From NCBI GenBank assembly GCA_964016885.1, contig OZ024741.1:320788001-320852000 (forward strand): DNA of 64,000 bases, read 5' to 3'. Under the pieces are notes generated by a model. The model searched no databases. It worked only from the letters and a program-made list of their open reading frames with translations, and had not been told where the DNA came from. Shown piece after piece: positions 42,805-55,071 of this stretch. Numbering within the stretch: position 1 is the first letter of the stretch; every line of letters begins with the position of its first letter. The position numbers and the translations under genes are program-made. This stretch comes from Eledone cirrhosa. Lineage: Eukaryota.

Positions 42805-43192
42805 CTTTGTCAATGAAGAATTCTAGGAGACGGAAAACTCTGATATAACACCTGCAACCCTGATGGTATCCAATGATGTTGGCTTGTCCTGCTTTTTAGT
42901 AAATATCATATTGGTTAATAGAGCGGGACTGGCTTTGTGCAGTGCCTTTGCTCACTATAAAAGCTTCACGGCACAGGCATTGCTTTGTATCTGGAGATCT
43001 CTCTGCACTTGTCGTCACATTGTACCATGGGCCGGCCCAGCACTATGTGTCAATAATTGTCACAAGTGTAGTCACCAGAGTTTTCAAGTCGCTGGCTGGA
43101 CTAAAATGTCACACTCGTTGAGCGCATCGGTAGGGTTCTCCTACATGGATATAAAGTAGTGGCCGTACTCGAAAACGAGTTGGCAGCCACCA
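42805..43192 (+). mobile_element. 5'-truncated copy of the 227-834 repeat
   Basis: Direct similarity. Confidence 0.8.
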
Positions 43193-43199
43193 TATATAT

Positions 43200-43284
<85 letters not shown>

Positions 43285-43394
43285 ACATATATATATATAT
43301 ACATATATACATATATACATATACATGTATATATATACATATATACATATATACATATACATGTATATATATATATGTATACATATATATACAC

Positions 43395-43444
<50 letters not shown>

Positions 43445-43744
43445 CAGTACAGAGAAGTACGAAATACCTCGGCCTCGGGATGGTATCTACATTTTGTGCT
43501 TAGAGAAATAATTCGTCGTAGATTACCGGGTTTTTTTCCGTGCGAAGAAAATCAATAATTTATCGTGAAATAAATACTTTTGTTTATATTTTGTTATTGT
43601 TATTGTGTAGCAGAATGGCCCGGCGTTGCTTGGGATTTGCTGTAGGGTTCTTATATATTTGATATATATTTACCCTATCGAGCCTCGTGAAATAAATACA
43701 TTTGTTTATATTATGTTATTGTATATGCAAAAATATATGTACAC

Positions 43745-43818
<74 letters not shown>

Positions 43819-43822
<4 letters not shown>

Positions 43823-44109
43823 GATCGTAGCCTCTTCGCAGCAGCCCCGTTCCATTATTTATCAAACACTTCGGCAGCATGCAGAATCCGATCAAATACA
43901 CCGTCAACCGCACGTAATTAGTAGTAAAATTAAACTTAGAAGAAATGCGCACATTCCGTAATTATATCTCGGTATGTGCGCATTTCTTCTAAGTTTAATT
44001 TTACTACTAATTGTGTGTGGTTGACGGTATATTTGATCGGATTCTGCATGCTGCCGAAGTGTTTGATAAATAATGGAACGAGGCTGCCGCGAAGAGGCTA
44101 CGATCAATT
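43819..44109. repeat. Palindrome with ~140-bp arms and 11-bp spacer, starting at (TA)n
   Basis: 43819-43958 is the reverse complement of 43970-44109. Confidence 0.9.
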
Positions 44110-44357
44110 GTTTGTCAGAGATTTCCCCGTAAGAAAATTTATTCTTGAAGCTTGCTAGATTTGATTTTGTATATGGTTAATTATGCTAATTAGAAGAAGA
44201 AATAGTATATATTTTAATATCTGATTGATTCTATAGACATGATTTATGATATAATGCTCTGATTTTTTGATTTTAATTTATTAATTCTTCATTGAGCTTA
44301 AAAGTGAACAGTTGCAACATATATATATCTTTAATTTAATTTTATGTATATGATAAC

Positions 44358-44423
<66 letters not shown>

Positions 44424-44443
44424 TCATATACATATATATATAT

Positions 44444-44560
44444 ATTAAAATAACAGATTAAAGTTTAAGCAAAGAATCGCTGCTTTCACTCTTAACGGGA
44501 TCTTCTGAAACTAAAAACACCAATCTGTGAACGCAGAAGTAAATATTTCGAAAAACGTTA
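44444..44560 (-). mobile_element. Family C fragment
   Basis: Identity to 41578-41690. Confidence 0.8.
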
Positions 44561-44699
44561 CACACTATATATATACACACACTATATATATATATATATA
44601 TACACATACACACACACACAGCTACGTCATAATGTCGTAATGCAGACATATATTATAAGGGCACAACGTTATATCTATGATTCTATCTAAAAAGAGAAA

Positions 44700-44888
44700 G
44701 ACTAAGAGTTATAGAGAGAGATCGCTAAATCGCCTAACGCGGTCCCTAGGGCATTGAAAATTTGAATTTTCTTTGCTCAAAACACTCACAGGACCATAAG
44801 TATTGCACATGTAAAGTTTGAAAACAATCGGTTGGGTGGTTCTCGAGTTTTAGTGATCGGACAGACAGACATTCTCTGTTTTAGATAT
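44700..44888 (-). mobile_element. Helitron 5' fragment (family of 5647-6451)
   Basis: Reverse complement similarity to ~5690-5895. Confidence 0.75.
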
Positions 44889-46635
44889 GTGTGTGAGTAT
44901 GTGAATGTGTGTGTGTGTGTGTGTCTGTGTGTCTGTGTGTCTGTATGTGTGTGTGTGTGTCTGTGTGTGTATGTGTGTGTATGTGTGTGTATGTGTGTGT
45001 ATGTGCGTTTGTGTGTTAACGCTCGATCAGTCAAGTGTTCTTTGCATCTTTATACCTCTTAATATTGGCCTTCCACTCCACACTGTGTATACTCGTCCTT
45101 CAAACTTTGAATTAAATTACTCTGTACGCCTTTGTTTACTTTCTCTGTCCCTTTAAATTAATTCAAAAAATGTCATTTGACATTGGACTAACCAAGCAAC
45201 AAACACAAACGCTATTGTATATCAGATATAGCAAACTAACGTTTATAAAAATAGTAGAAGGATAACAGAAAAATATTGTTACAGGATCATTAAGACTTGA
45301 ACTATTTAAAATATATGATGAATCAATTTGAAAACATGAGAATTAACACACAAGCTCCAACTGAGCATATCAGTTTTAAACTAATATTAACTGGCTAAAC
45401 ATTATAGAAAATAGCGGGGAAATGTGAATTGTTCGGGTTGGGGATATATAGGGTCGTCAAGTATGAAATTTGTTGAAATTTGTTTCTGTTTCACAAATTT
45501 CTACAAATTTCATACTTGACGACCTAATATCATAGCGTTATTCGTCACTCTCGTAAGTCTTATTCAGTAAACGGCGATTAACTTCTTTATATAGTTGTAA
45601 ATACATGAGGCTGAATATATCGCTTAAACGTGGATGGCTTAAAAAGTTAAAGGACCGATCAAATATCTATAGCATTCGGATAGTAAAGGAATCAGCGAGT
45701 TTTCACATGTAGGCTGCATTGAAATTTCTAGTAGAGCTATGGGCGAGGATATTATAGAAAGTGGTAAATATCTAGTAAATTTATATTTCAATATCGATTA
45801 ATATTGGTTATTTAGCATCCTATTATCTTTCCATCTCAAACGGTGTAAGAAATGAACCAGCGTATAAAGTAGCGTATCATTGTATCACGTTGTCTATTTA
45901 GTAGAAGCAATACATATTTGAGACATGGAACGTAAACAATTGCTTGTTTATCATTTTCATATTCCTCCAGCAAAGAACGTCATCGCCAAATCTAGTCTGA
46001 CTCTTATATGAACATCTAACAGAAAATCTTATTACACAGGATTTGTTTACTTAGTGGTTTTCTGAAAATTTCTGCCCTGCTGTTAAGCCTTATAGTGAGA
46101 AGAAAAATGTTGAGCTCTAGGCAATTATACTTTAGGACAACGCTTCTGGTCATATTTCAAATCTCGATGAATCATAATGAATGGATAATAAATGTCTTTT
46201 CATTCTACCAAGCACTACTTCAATACGAGAGCCTATGTATCCATGATTTTTTAAGAAGAACTTTAACCCTTTAGCCTTTACATTACCCTATATAAACTAG
46301 TATATGTTCGTGGTAAAAGCTTTACCTCACATAATCATCTCACATAATATCGAATCTATGAAATTTTGATATTATTTATTTTGAGAACAATACCTTAACA
46401 TCAGTATGAGTGACCGGTTACAGCCGGTTTGAACAGAAAGAGGTGAGAGAATTCTGACCGGATACGGCTGGTTTAAATGCTGAAGGGTAAGACATTTGAT
46501 TACAAAAAGAGTTAATACATATCAGTACGTCGAAATTTTTCGGGATATCTGTACATCATATACGCAATAAAAAGAATACTGAAAATATCTGGGAAAAAAT
46601 CATACAGACATGTGTTTGGAAAATATAGTAAAGAG

Positions 46636-46931
46636 TGACCATAGAATATAGAATATATATATATATATATGACCATAGAATATAGAATATATATATGAAA
46701 AAAAAAAATAGCATTGTACAAATGAAGCGAGAAATGGGATTTGAAAAGGGTGATGCAGATGATATTCAAAATATATTATGGAACTGCAAGTGTCTAGTTC
46801 AAATATTGAGCTCTTGGTGCTTTTATAGCAATTATTAAGCCGGATTTTGTTTATTCAAGATTTAATTCCTTATACCGTATAATATATCCTTATTTTTCTT
46901 TTTGTTAATTGTGAAAGTACAAGGAGCTTGT

Positions 46932-46962
<31 letters not shown>

Positions 46963-47460
46963 CACACACACATACACATACACACACACACGTTCATTCA
47001 TGTTGCCATCTCTTGCAAAACTGTTGGTGCTGGCGTTTTGTGTATGATTTATTTTTTACGAAAGTGGATGATGGCGCGCGTCTACCTGAAATGGAAAAAA
47101 AAATGTTTTGTAAAAAGAGCTATACTTGAGCAGGTGTGTGTGTGCGGGGTGTGTGGGGGGGGGGGGACAAGCTCCTTGTATTTTCACAATTAACAAAAAG
47201 AAAAATAAGGATATATTATACGTTATAAGGAACTAAATCTTGAATAAACAAAATCCGGCTTAATAATTGCTATAAAAGCACCAAGAGCTCAATATTTGAA
47301 CTAGACACTTGCAGTTCCGTAATATATTTTGAATATCATCTGCATCACCCTTTTCAAATCCCATTTCTCGCCTCATTTGTACAATGCTATTTTTTTTCCA
47401 TATATATATTCTATATTCTATGGTCATATATATATATATATTCTATATTCTATGGTTATA
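46636..47460. repeat. Inverted repeat with ~295-bp arms and ~235-bp spacer
   Basis: 46636-46931 is the reverse complement of 47167-47460. Confidence 0.9.
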
Positions 47461-47470
47461 TATATATATA

Positions 47471-47680
47471 AGGAGGAAACTAAATCCATACAACTCGACA
47501 TAACCAGTTACTACTCTAATATCACCTATCCTACTCAACAAAGCCTTAATAGACGCATTAAAGTATACGGATCTTAGTCGGGACGAAATCAACCTTATAC
47601 TCCCTGCTAGGAAAACCATTATCAAATTCAATGAAGGACTATGGGCGCGGGCGGACTGACCCAGTAACTTTAACAAAAGT
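47471..47680 (+). pseudogene. PLE reverse transcriptase fragment (possibly Hydra clade)
   Basis: IQLDITSYYSNI /frameshift/ LLNKALIDALKYTDLSRDEINLILPARKTIIKFNEGLW resembles the FDI..FYPSI..LL.KAL...ARKSLLF...W pattern. Confidence 0.55.
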
Positions 47681-47926
47681 TGGTGGTTTATCTGATCAAC
47701 CAACTTTGTTAAATTGAATAATATATATATATTATTCAATTTGATGGATAAAAGGCCATGGTGCGCTACGGATCGATGTTCTGTTTTAAGTGCCGAAACA
47801 TCTAATATCTGTAGTAAATAGCTGACGAAGGGAAGCTTTTCTTCTCTTGTTTACGTCCCGATTACCTTCTAACACTTCGTTTTTAGTAATCACACAGCCT
47901 CGCCTCTGCCTCTTTACCTGTATTTA

Positions 47927-48505
<579 letters not shown>

Positions 48506-48965
48506 ATACTTTGGGAGGGTCATGTTGCCAATAAGAAACACACGCACCAGTTGCTTTCACTTCAATTTATTATATATTTATAAATTTATAAATTTACAAA
48601 TCTACAAACTTATAAATTTCTGGTTGGTTGGTTGGTTCCACAACCAGATAGTTGTTTATATATATAGTCATAGTCCTTTCGTCACACACTCTGTGACCTC
48701 TTCAGTGACTGGGGATTCCTTTCTTCGTTTCTGTGCCTTTTCTTTCTTCTATCCTACGCCATTTTGTTTCTGTGTGTGTGTTGTGTGCTCAGTTTGCGCA
48801 TGTGCCACATCCGGGTGTCTGTGTGTGTTTGTGTTCATTTTTCTATTTGTTTATTTATTTATTGTTGGTTGGTTGTTTGTTCTATGTGTGTGTGTGTTTT
48901 AATTTTGTGTGTCTTTTCAATTGTAAGTTGTTTGTTCTATGTGTGTGTGTGTTTTCATTTTGTCC

Positions 48966-49628
48966 TTAATTGTAAGTTGTGATGTTGCTGTTCCACTCAT
49001 ATTTTCTATTTAATTTTGGTTTTAATTCTTTTATGCTTACTGCCTCTGTAATTTGCCTAAACATTGCGTCTTTTCTGTGCGTGGATTCTATTTTTATTTC
49101 TATGCTCTCTAATCTACCCCTGTGTTCTATCTTAGCATGTTGGTAGAGCACAGATGATTCTTTATTATCTTGGAGGTCTCGCCAGTGTTCATTTATTCGT
49201 TCCCCTATACTACGAGCTGTCTCACCTATGTACACTATATTTGTGTTTCTACATTGTCCTTCAGTACATCTTATGCTATACACTACATTTCTAGTTTTAC
49301 AGTTAATATGGGGGCTTATTTTACAGGTTATACATTTCTTATCTATACATGAGGGTCTTTGGAACGGGTATGTCTTGCTAATAAGTGTTTTTACGGAGGT
49401 ACCAGGTCTTTCTACTATCTTAATATTGAGATTATGTTTATTTAGGGCCCTTCTAAATTTGTAGGCTAGTTCGCCTCTAGGGGTTGTATTGATGAACGTT
49501 ACACTCTGGTATTTATTGCTATTATACCATGAGTTTATTCTATTGGCCTTGTTCCTAGTTCTTTCTATTCTATTCCAAAATTTGCTCCTATACAAGGGGC
49601 AGGTCCCATTTATGTCATTATTTACCAT
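48966..49628 (-). CDS. PLE C-terminal fragment with GIY-YIG endonuclease (left arm)
   Basis: Open frame with C-x4-C-x2-C linker, NVVYSIRC..C....VYIGETARS..ER..EH, and RQITEAV.I...KP.LN. Confidence 0.8.
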   Translation of the reverse strand: MVNNDINGTCPLYRSKFWNRIERTRNKANRINSWYNSNKYQSVTFINTTPRGELAYKFRRALNKHNLNIKIVERPGTSVKTLISKTYPFQRPSCIDKKCITCKISPHINCKTRNVVYSIRCTEGQCRNTNIVYIGETARSIGERINEHWRDLQDNKESSVLYQHAKIEHRGRLESIEIKIESTHRKDAMFRQITEAVSIKELKPKLNRKYEWNSNITTYN

Positions 49629-49669
49629 TTTCTTTTTTTTTTTTTTTTTTCCCCATTTGGGAACCAAAA

Positions 49670-50332
49670 ATGGTAAATAATGACATAAATGGGACCTGCC
49701 CCTTGTATAGGAGCACATTTTGGAATAAAATAGAAAGAACTAGGAACAAGGCCAATAGAATAAACTCATGGTATGATAGCAATAAATACCAGAGTGTAAT
49801 GTTCATCAATACAACCCCTAGAGGCGAACTAGCTTACAAATTTAGTAGGGCCCTAAATAAACATAATCTCAATATTAAGATAGTAGAAAGACCTGGTACC
49901 TCCGTAAAAACACTTATTAGCAAGACATACCCGTTCCAAAGACCCTCATGTATAGATAAGAAATGTATAACCTGTAAAATAAGCCCCCATATTAACTGTA
50001 AAACTAGAAATGTAGTGTATAGCATAAGATGTACTGAAGGACAATGTAGAAACACAAATATAGTGTACATAGGTGAGACAGCTCGTAGTATAGGGGAACG
50101 AATAAATGAACACTGGCGAGACCTCCAAGATAATAAAGAATCATCTGTGCTCTACCAACATGCTAAGATAGAACACAGGGGTAGATTAGAGAGCATAGAA
50201 ATAAAAATAGAATCCACGCACAGAAAAGACGCAATGTTTAGGCAAATTACAGAGGCAGTAAGCATAAAAGAATTAAAACCAAAATTAAATAGAAAATATG
50301 AGTGGAACAGCAACATCACAACTTACAATTAA
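49670..50332 (+). CDS. PLE C-terminal fragment with GIY-YIG endonuclease (right arm)
   Basis: Same motifs, 220 open codons. This is a truncated transposon ORF; expression is unknown. Confidence 0.8.
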   Translation: MVNNDINGTCPLYRSTFWNKIERTRNKANRINSWYDSNKYQSVMFINTTPRGELAYKFSRALNKHNLNIKIVERPGTSVKTLISKTYPFQRPSCIDKKCITCKISPHINCKTRNVVYSIRCTEGQCRNTNIVYIGETARSIGERINEHWRDLQDNKESSVLYQHAKIEHRGRLESIEIKIESTHRKDAMFRQITEAVSIKELKPKLNRKYEWNSNITTYN

Positions 50333-50609
50333 GGACAAAATGAAAACACACACACACATAGAACAAACAACTTACAATTGAAAAGACACACAAAATTAAA
50401 ACACACACAGGACAAAATGAAAACACACACACACATAGAACAAACAACCAACCAACAATAAATAAATAAACAAATAGAAAAATGAACACAAACACACACA
50501 GACACCCGGATGTGGCACATGCGCAAACTGAGCACACAACACACACACAGAAACAAAATGGCGTAGGATAGAAGAAAGAAAAGGCACAGAAACGAAGAAA
50601 GGAATCCCC

Positions 50610-50654
50610 AGTCACTGAAGAGGTCACAGAGTGTGTGACGAAAGGACTATGACT
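50610..50654 (+). ncRNA. Minimal hammerhead in PLE pLTR; mirror copy at 48666-48710 (-)
   Basis: AGTCA-CTGAAGA-G-GTCACA gagtg TGTGAC-GAAA-GGAC-TA-TGACT. Confidence 0.7.
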
Positions 50655-50876
50655 ATATATATAAACAACTATCTGGTTGTGGAACCAACCAACCAACCAG
50701 AAATTTATAAGTTTGTAGATTTGTAAATTTATAAATTTATAAATATATAATAAATTGAAGTGAAAGCAACTGGTGCGTGTGTTTCTTATTGGCAACATGA
50801 CCCTCCCAAAGTATAACAATATCGGTTTCAACACACGATTTCAGATAAAGAATCTTGCTAAACAAATTCAGAAACG

Positions 50877-51005
<129 letters not shown>

Positions 51006-51354
51006 GATATATATTTCTTTGTGTTTTTTTCTTCGTCCATGGTGCCTTGTTTTTCTTCCCTAATAGCTATCCATTTTAGTTATTAATGCACTGTGGTGAA
51101 AAGTCTTGTCTTCAATGCATTCGAAACTTTCGTAATCCACAGAAAACAGCCCATGTACGCGAATTGTCCTTGTGTTTGTGTCTTCCGTGTTTTCACCCAC
51201 GTTTCTAAAATAAATTTTATTGGTAACTACACAGCTTCATTTATAATTCTACATACATATATACATACATACACAGGCACACACATACATACACACATAC
51301 ATCCATATATACATACATATATACATACATACATACATAATACATACATACATT

Positions 51355-52142
51355 TAACATCGAAGATGTCACCCATGTCATAAGCAGCTGTCCAAAGATG
51401 TCATCGCGGTACTATCTACCTATGAGGCATGATGTAGTGGCCAAAACACTGTACAATGCAGTTCGTAAAAAATATAGCCCCGATAATAAACACATTGAAA
51501 ACTACAGCAATGTGGAAGACATCCATGCACATAATATGAAAGAGTACTGGTGGAATGTTCCAGTAAAAACCCCAATAAAATGCAGGCATAACACCAGATA
51601 TTATGATATGGGACAGGGAGAAGAAAACATGCACATTAGTGGAAGTTAGCTACCCAGCAGATGCCAATATAATATCAAAGATTAGCGAAAAGGAGAATAT
51701 TTATGCAGAACTGATGAGAAACCTTCAGATTTATGCCTGTGACTATTGGGGCAGTGGGATATGTTAGTAACTGCCTCAATACAAATCTTGAGAAGCTGGG
51801 ATTCACAGGAACAGAAATAACACAACTAGTTAGGAAATTACAATTACAATCCGTTAATGGAACAGTAAAAATGTGTAAAACATTTCAAAAATATTGCATC
51901 TAATAACTGCATATACACATGTACAGATACTAAGCATATACACCTGCACACATATAACTCAAAACATCCACATCCACACATACAATAACATCCATATCTA
52001 CACATACAGACATGCAGACATATCTACCTAGTTGATGTTGTGTAAATTCCAATGAGAGTCTTGGGTCTATGCTAGAAACCGACTCTCTCTCTATTGGCAA
52101 ACATTTGTGAAATTATAAAACCAGAAGAACATACATACATAC
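51355..52142 (+). mobile_element. 3' fragment of an REL-endonuclease LINE (R4/Dong/NeSL-like) in (CATA)n
   Basis: HVISSC...RHD.VA, PDI.IWD....LVEVS.P, EKENIY. Frameshifted, with a CATACATACATAC tail and a (CATA)n 5' flank. Confidence 0.85.
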
Positions 52143-52144
52143 AA

Positions 52145-52274
<130 letters not shown>

Positions 52275-52577
52275 CTAGCTGAATTAATACCACCACATTA
52301 AATTTCTATTGCTTCCTTTATTTTACATGTTGAATAAAGAATTATTTTAAAGAATTTATGCAGAAGAATCAGAAAGTCCCTTATATTCAAACTAATTCTA
52401 TATTTCTTTCAATAATTAAAAGAAAATATCTGCATAAAAATGTTTTAGACAACGAGTTTTTTTTTTTATAGCGAAGTAAAAAAGTAGAGCACATTAACTT
52501 CGATTATCGAGGTATCGGTAAGTGTGTGTGTATGTGAATGCATGTATGGAGGTATCTATGTATTTATATGTGTGTGT

Positions 52578-52621
<44 letters not shown>

Positions 52622-52903
52622 ATGTGAATGCATGTATGAATGTATGTATGTATTTATATGTGTGTCTATATATATATGTGTATGTGTGTGTGTGTATGTG
52701 TGTATGTGTGTGTGTGATTGTGTATGAGTGAATATATTGAATAATACCCTTAGGGTTGCGTGTTGTTGCCGAACGTGAAGTAATTGTATTTCCTTTTGTT
52801 TAAAATAAACTTGTAATCAGTTTCAGGATGCTGTCGGGTGTTATTGTTGCAGTTAATTATGTGGTTATTGTTGTTATTGTTAATATTGTTGTTTTTGGCA
52901 CTT

Positions 52904-52977
<74 letters not shown>

Positions 52978-52993
52978 ACTACTACTACTGCTA

Positions 52994-53036
<43 letters not shown>

Positions 53037-53057
53037 TTTCTCTTCTTCTTTCACTTC

Positions 53058-53866
53058 TTATTATTATTATTATTATTATTATTGTTCTTTGAGCACGATC
53101 TTTTTCCTTGTCCAAAACCACCAGGTCAGGTCTATTGTGTTCCAGTTTCTTGTCCGTCTGTATCCTAAAACCCCACAGCACCTTCACCTGATCGTTTTCC
53201 ATCACCGACTCTGGCTTAGCTCATACCACTTCTCAGAATGTGGTAATTGTTTATTTTGCATAGGGGCCAGTGGATCACCCTGCCCATCACATCATGTCTC
53301 CAGCCCTTATAGTGAGTCTGGGCTAGGTGTTTACACTCGGATACAATGTGAGCCACAGTCTCCTCTCTCTCTCCACAGATCCTGCACAGTGGGCTAGCCT
53401 CCTCCTTGTAAATATGGTGTTTCAACCACTTCGTTTTGAGGGCCTGCTCTTGCGCAGCTATTAGCATTCCTTCTGTAGCCATTTTAAGGTCTCCTCTTTT
53501 CAACCAGTTCCATGTGTGTGGATCTCTGAATTCAGTTTTCTCAAAGAAGGTACTATGAAGGGATTTTTCATGAAGGCTGCTCTTTCTCCTTGTTGTTATT
53601 TCCTCCTTGGACATCCCCTGGTCTATTGTCCTCTCCTTCAGTACAATTCTGAGCATTGGCTCCCTACTTCCAGTCACGTATTTGTGTAGGTTGTTTTTCT
53701 CCATCTGAACACAGTCCTCTATGCTGATAAGACCTCTTCCACCTTCAGATCTCCTTAAGTAGAGTTTATCGACATCACTCCTTTTGTGGAACATGGTGTA
53801 GATAGTCAATAGCTTCCTAGTCTTCCTATCTATTTCTTTTTGTTCAGCAACATTCCATCTCAGAAT
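53058..53866 (-). mobile_element. Second, truncated and internally deleted Dong/R4-type copy in tandem
   Basis: Near-identical to ~54240-55015, joined directly to CTCAAAGAACAA(TAA)n. Confidence 0.9.
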
Positions 53867-53867
53867 T

Positions 53868-55047
53868 AATATTATTATTATTATTGTTCTTTGAGTCTCA
53901 GTCATTGATGTTATTTAACTGGAAAGTTTGTTGAAATGAATATCAAGCCACTACCTGCAGCCTCAGATATTCAGGACGTATCGGAGGGTTCTTGCTGTTC
54001 CCAGCAAGCATGCCTTTTGAAGCGTTCCAAAAAGCGTGGCGGGGCCAATTTTCTTTAACCATCCCTGGAAACTTTGTGAGATAGTACCTAATGCGCCTAT
54101 GACAATCGGGACCACTTTGACTTCATGGCAGTTCCAAATCCTTTTTACCTCCCACTTTAAGTCCTGGTATCGGTTAATTTTCTCCCTCTCATTCTCTTGC
54201 ACCCTCGTGTCGAATGTGCAGGCCACATCCACAATCAGGCACGATCTTTTTCCCTTGTCCAAAACCACCAGGTCAGGTCTATTGTGTTCCAGTTTCTTGT
54301 CCGTCTGTATCCTAAAATCCCACAGCACATTCACCTGATCGTTTTCCATCACCGACTCTGGCTTATGCTCATACCACTTCTCAGAATGTGGTAAATTGTT
54401 TACTTTGCATAGGTGCCAGTGGATCACCCTGCCCATCACATCATGTCTCCAGCCCTTATAGTGAGTCTGGGCTAGGTGTTTACACTCGGATACAATGTGA
54501 GCCACAGTCTCCTCTCTCTCTCCACAGATCCTGCACAGTGGGCTAGCCTCCTCCTTGTAAATATGGTGTTTCAACCACTTCGTTTTGAGGGCCTGCTCTT
54601 GCGCAGCTATTAGCATTCCTTCTGTAGCCATTTTAAGGTCTCCTCTTTTCAACCAGTTCCATGTGTGTGGATCTCTGAATTCAGTTTTCTCAAAGAAGGT
54701 ACTATGAAGGGATTTTTCATGAAGGCTGCTCTTTCTCCTTGTTGTTATTTCCTCCTTGGACATCCCCTGGTCTATTGTCCTCTCCTTCAGTACAATTCTG
54801 AGCATTGGCTCCTTACTATCAGTCACGTATTTGTGTAGGTTGTTTTTCTCCATCTGAACACAGTCCTCTATGCTGATAAGACCTTTTCCACCTTCAGATC
54901 TCCTTAAGTAGAGTCTATCGACTCACTCCTCTTGTGGAACATGTTGTAGATAGTCAATAGCTTCCTAGTCTTCTTATCCATTTCTTTTTGTTCAGCAACA
55001 TTCCATCTCAGAATTCCCGCACTGTACCTAATAATAGACACAACTCG
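53868..55047 (-). mobile_element. Dong/R4-type LINE 3' half (thumb, CCHC, REL endonuclease, 3' UTR, (TAA)n tail)
   Basis: GGRGL, CRIC...ETVAHIVSEC, RHD, RPDLVV..IVDVA, EK..RY.DL. Stop at 53963. Confidence 0.92.
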
Positions 55048-55071
55048 GGGAAAAAAAAAAAAAAAAAAAAA

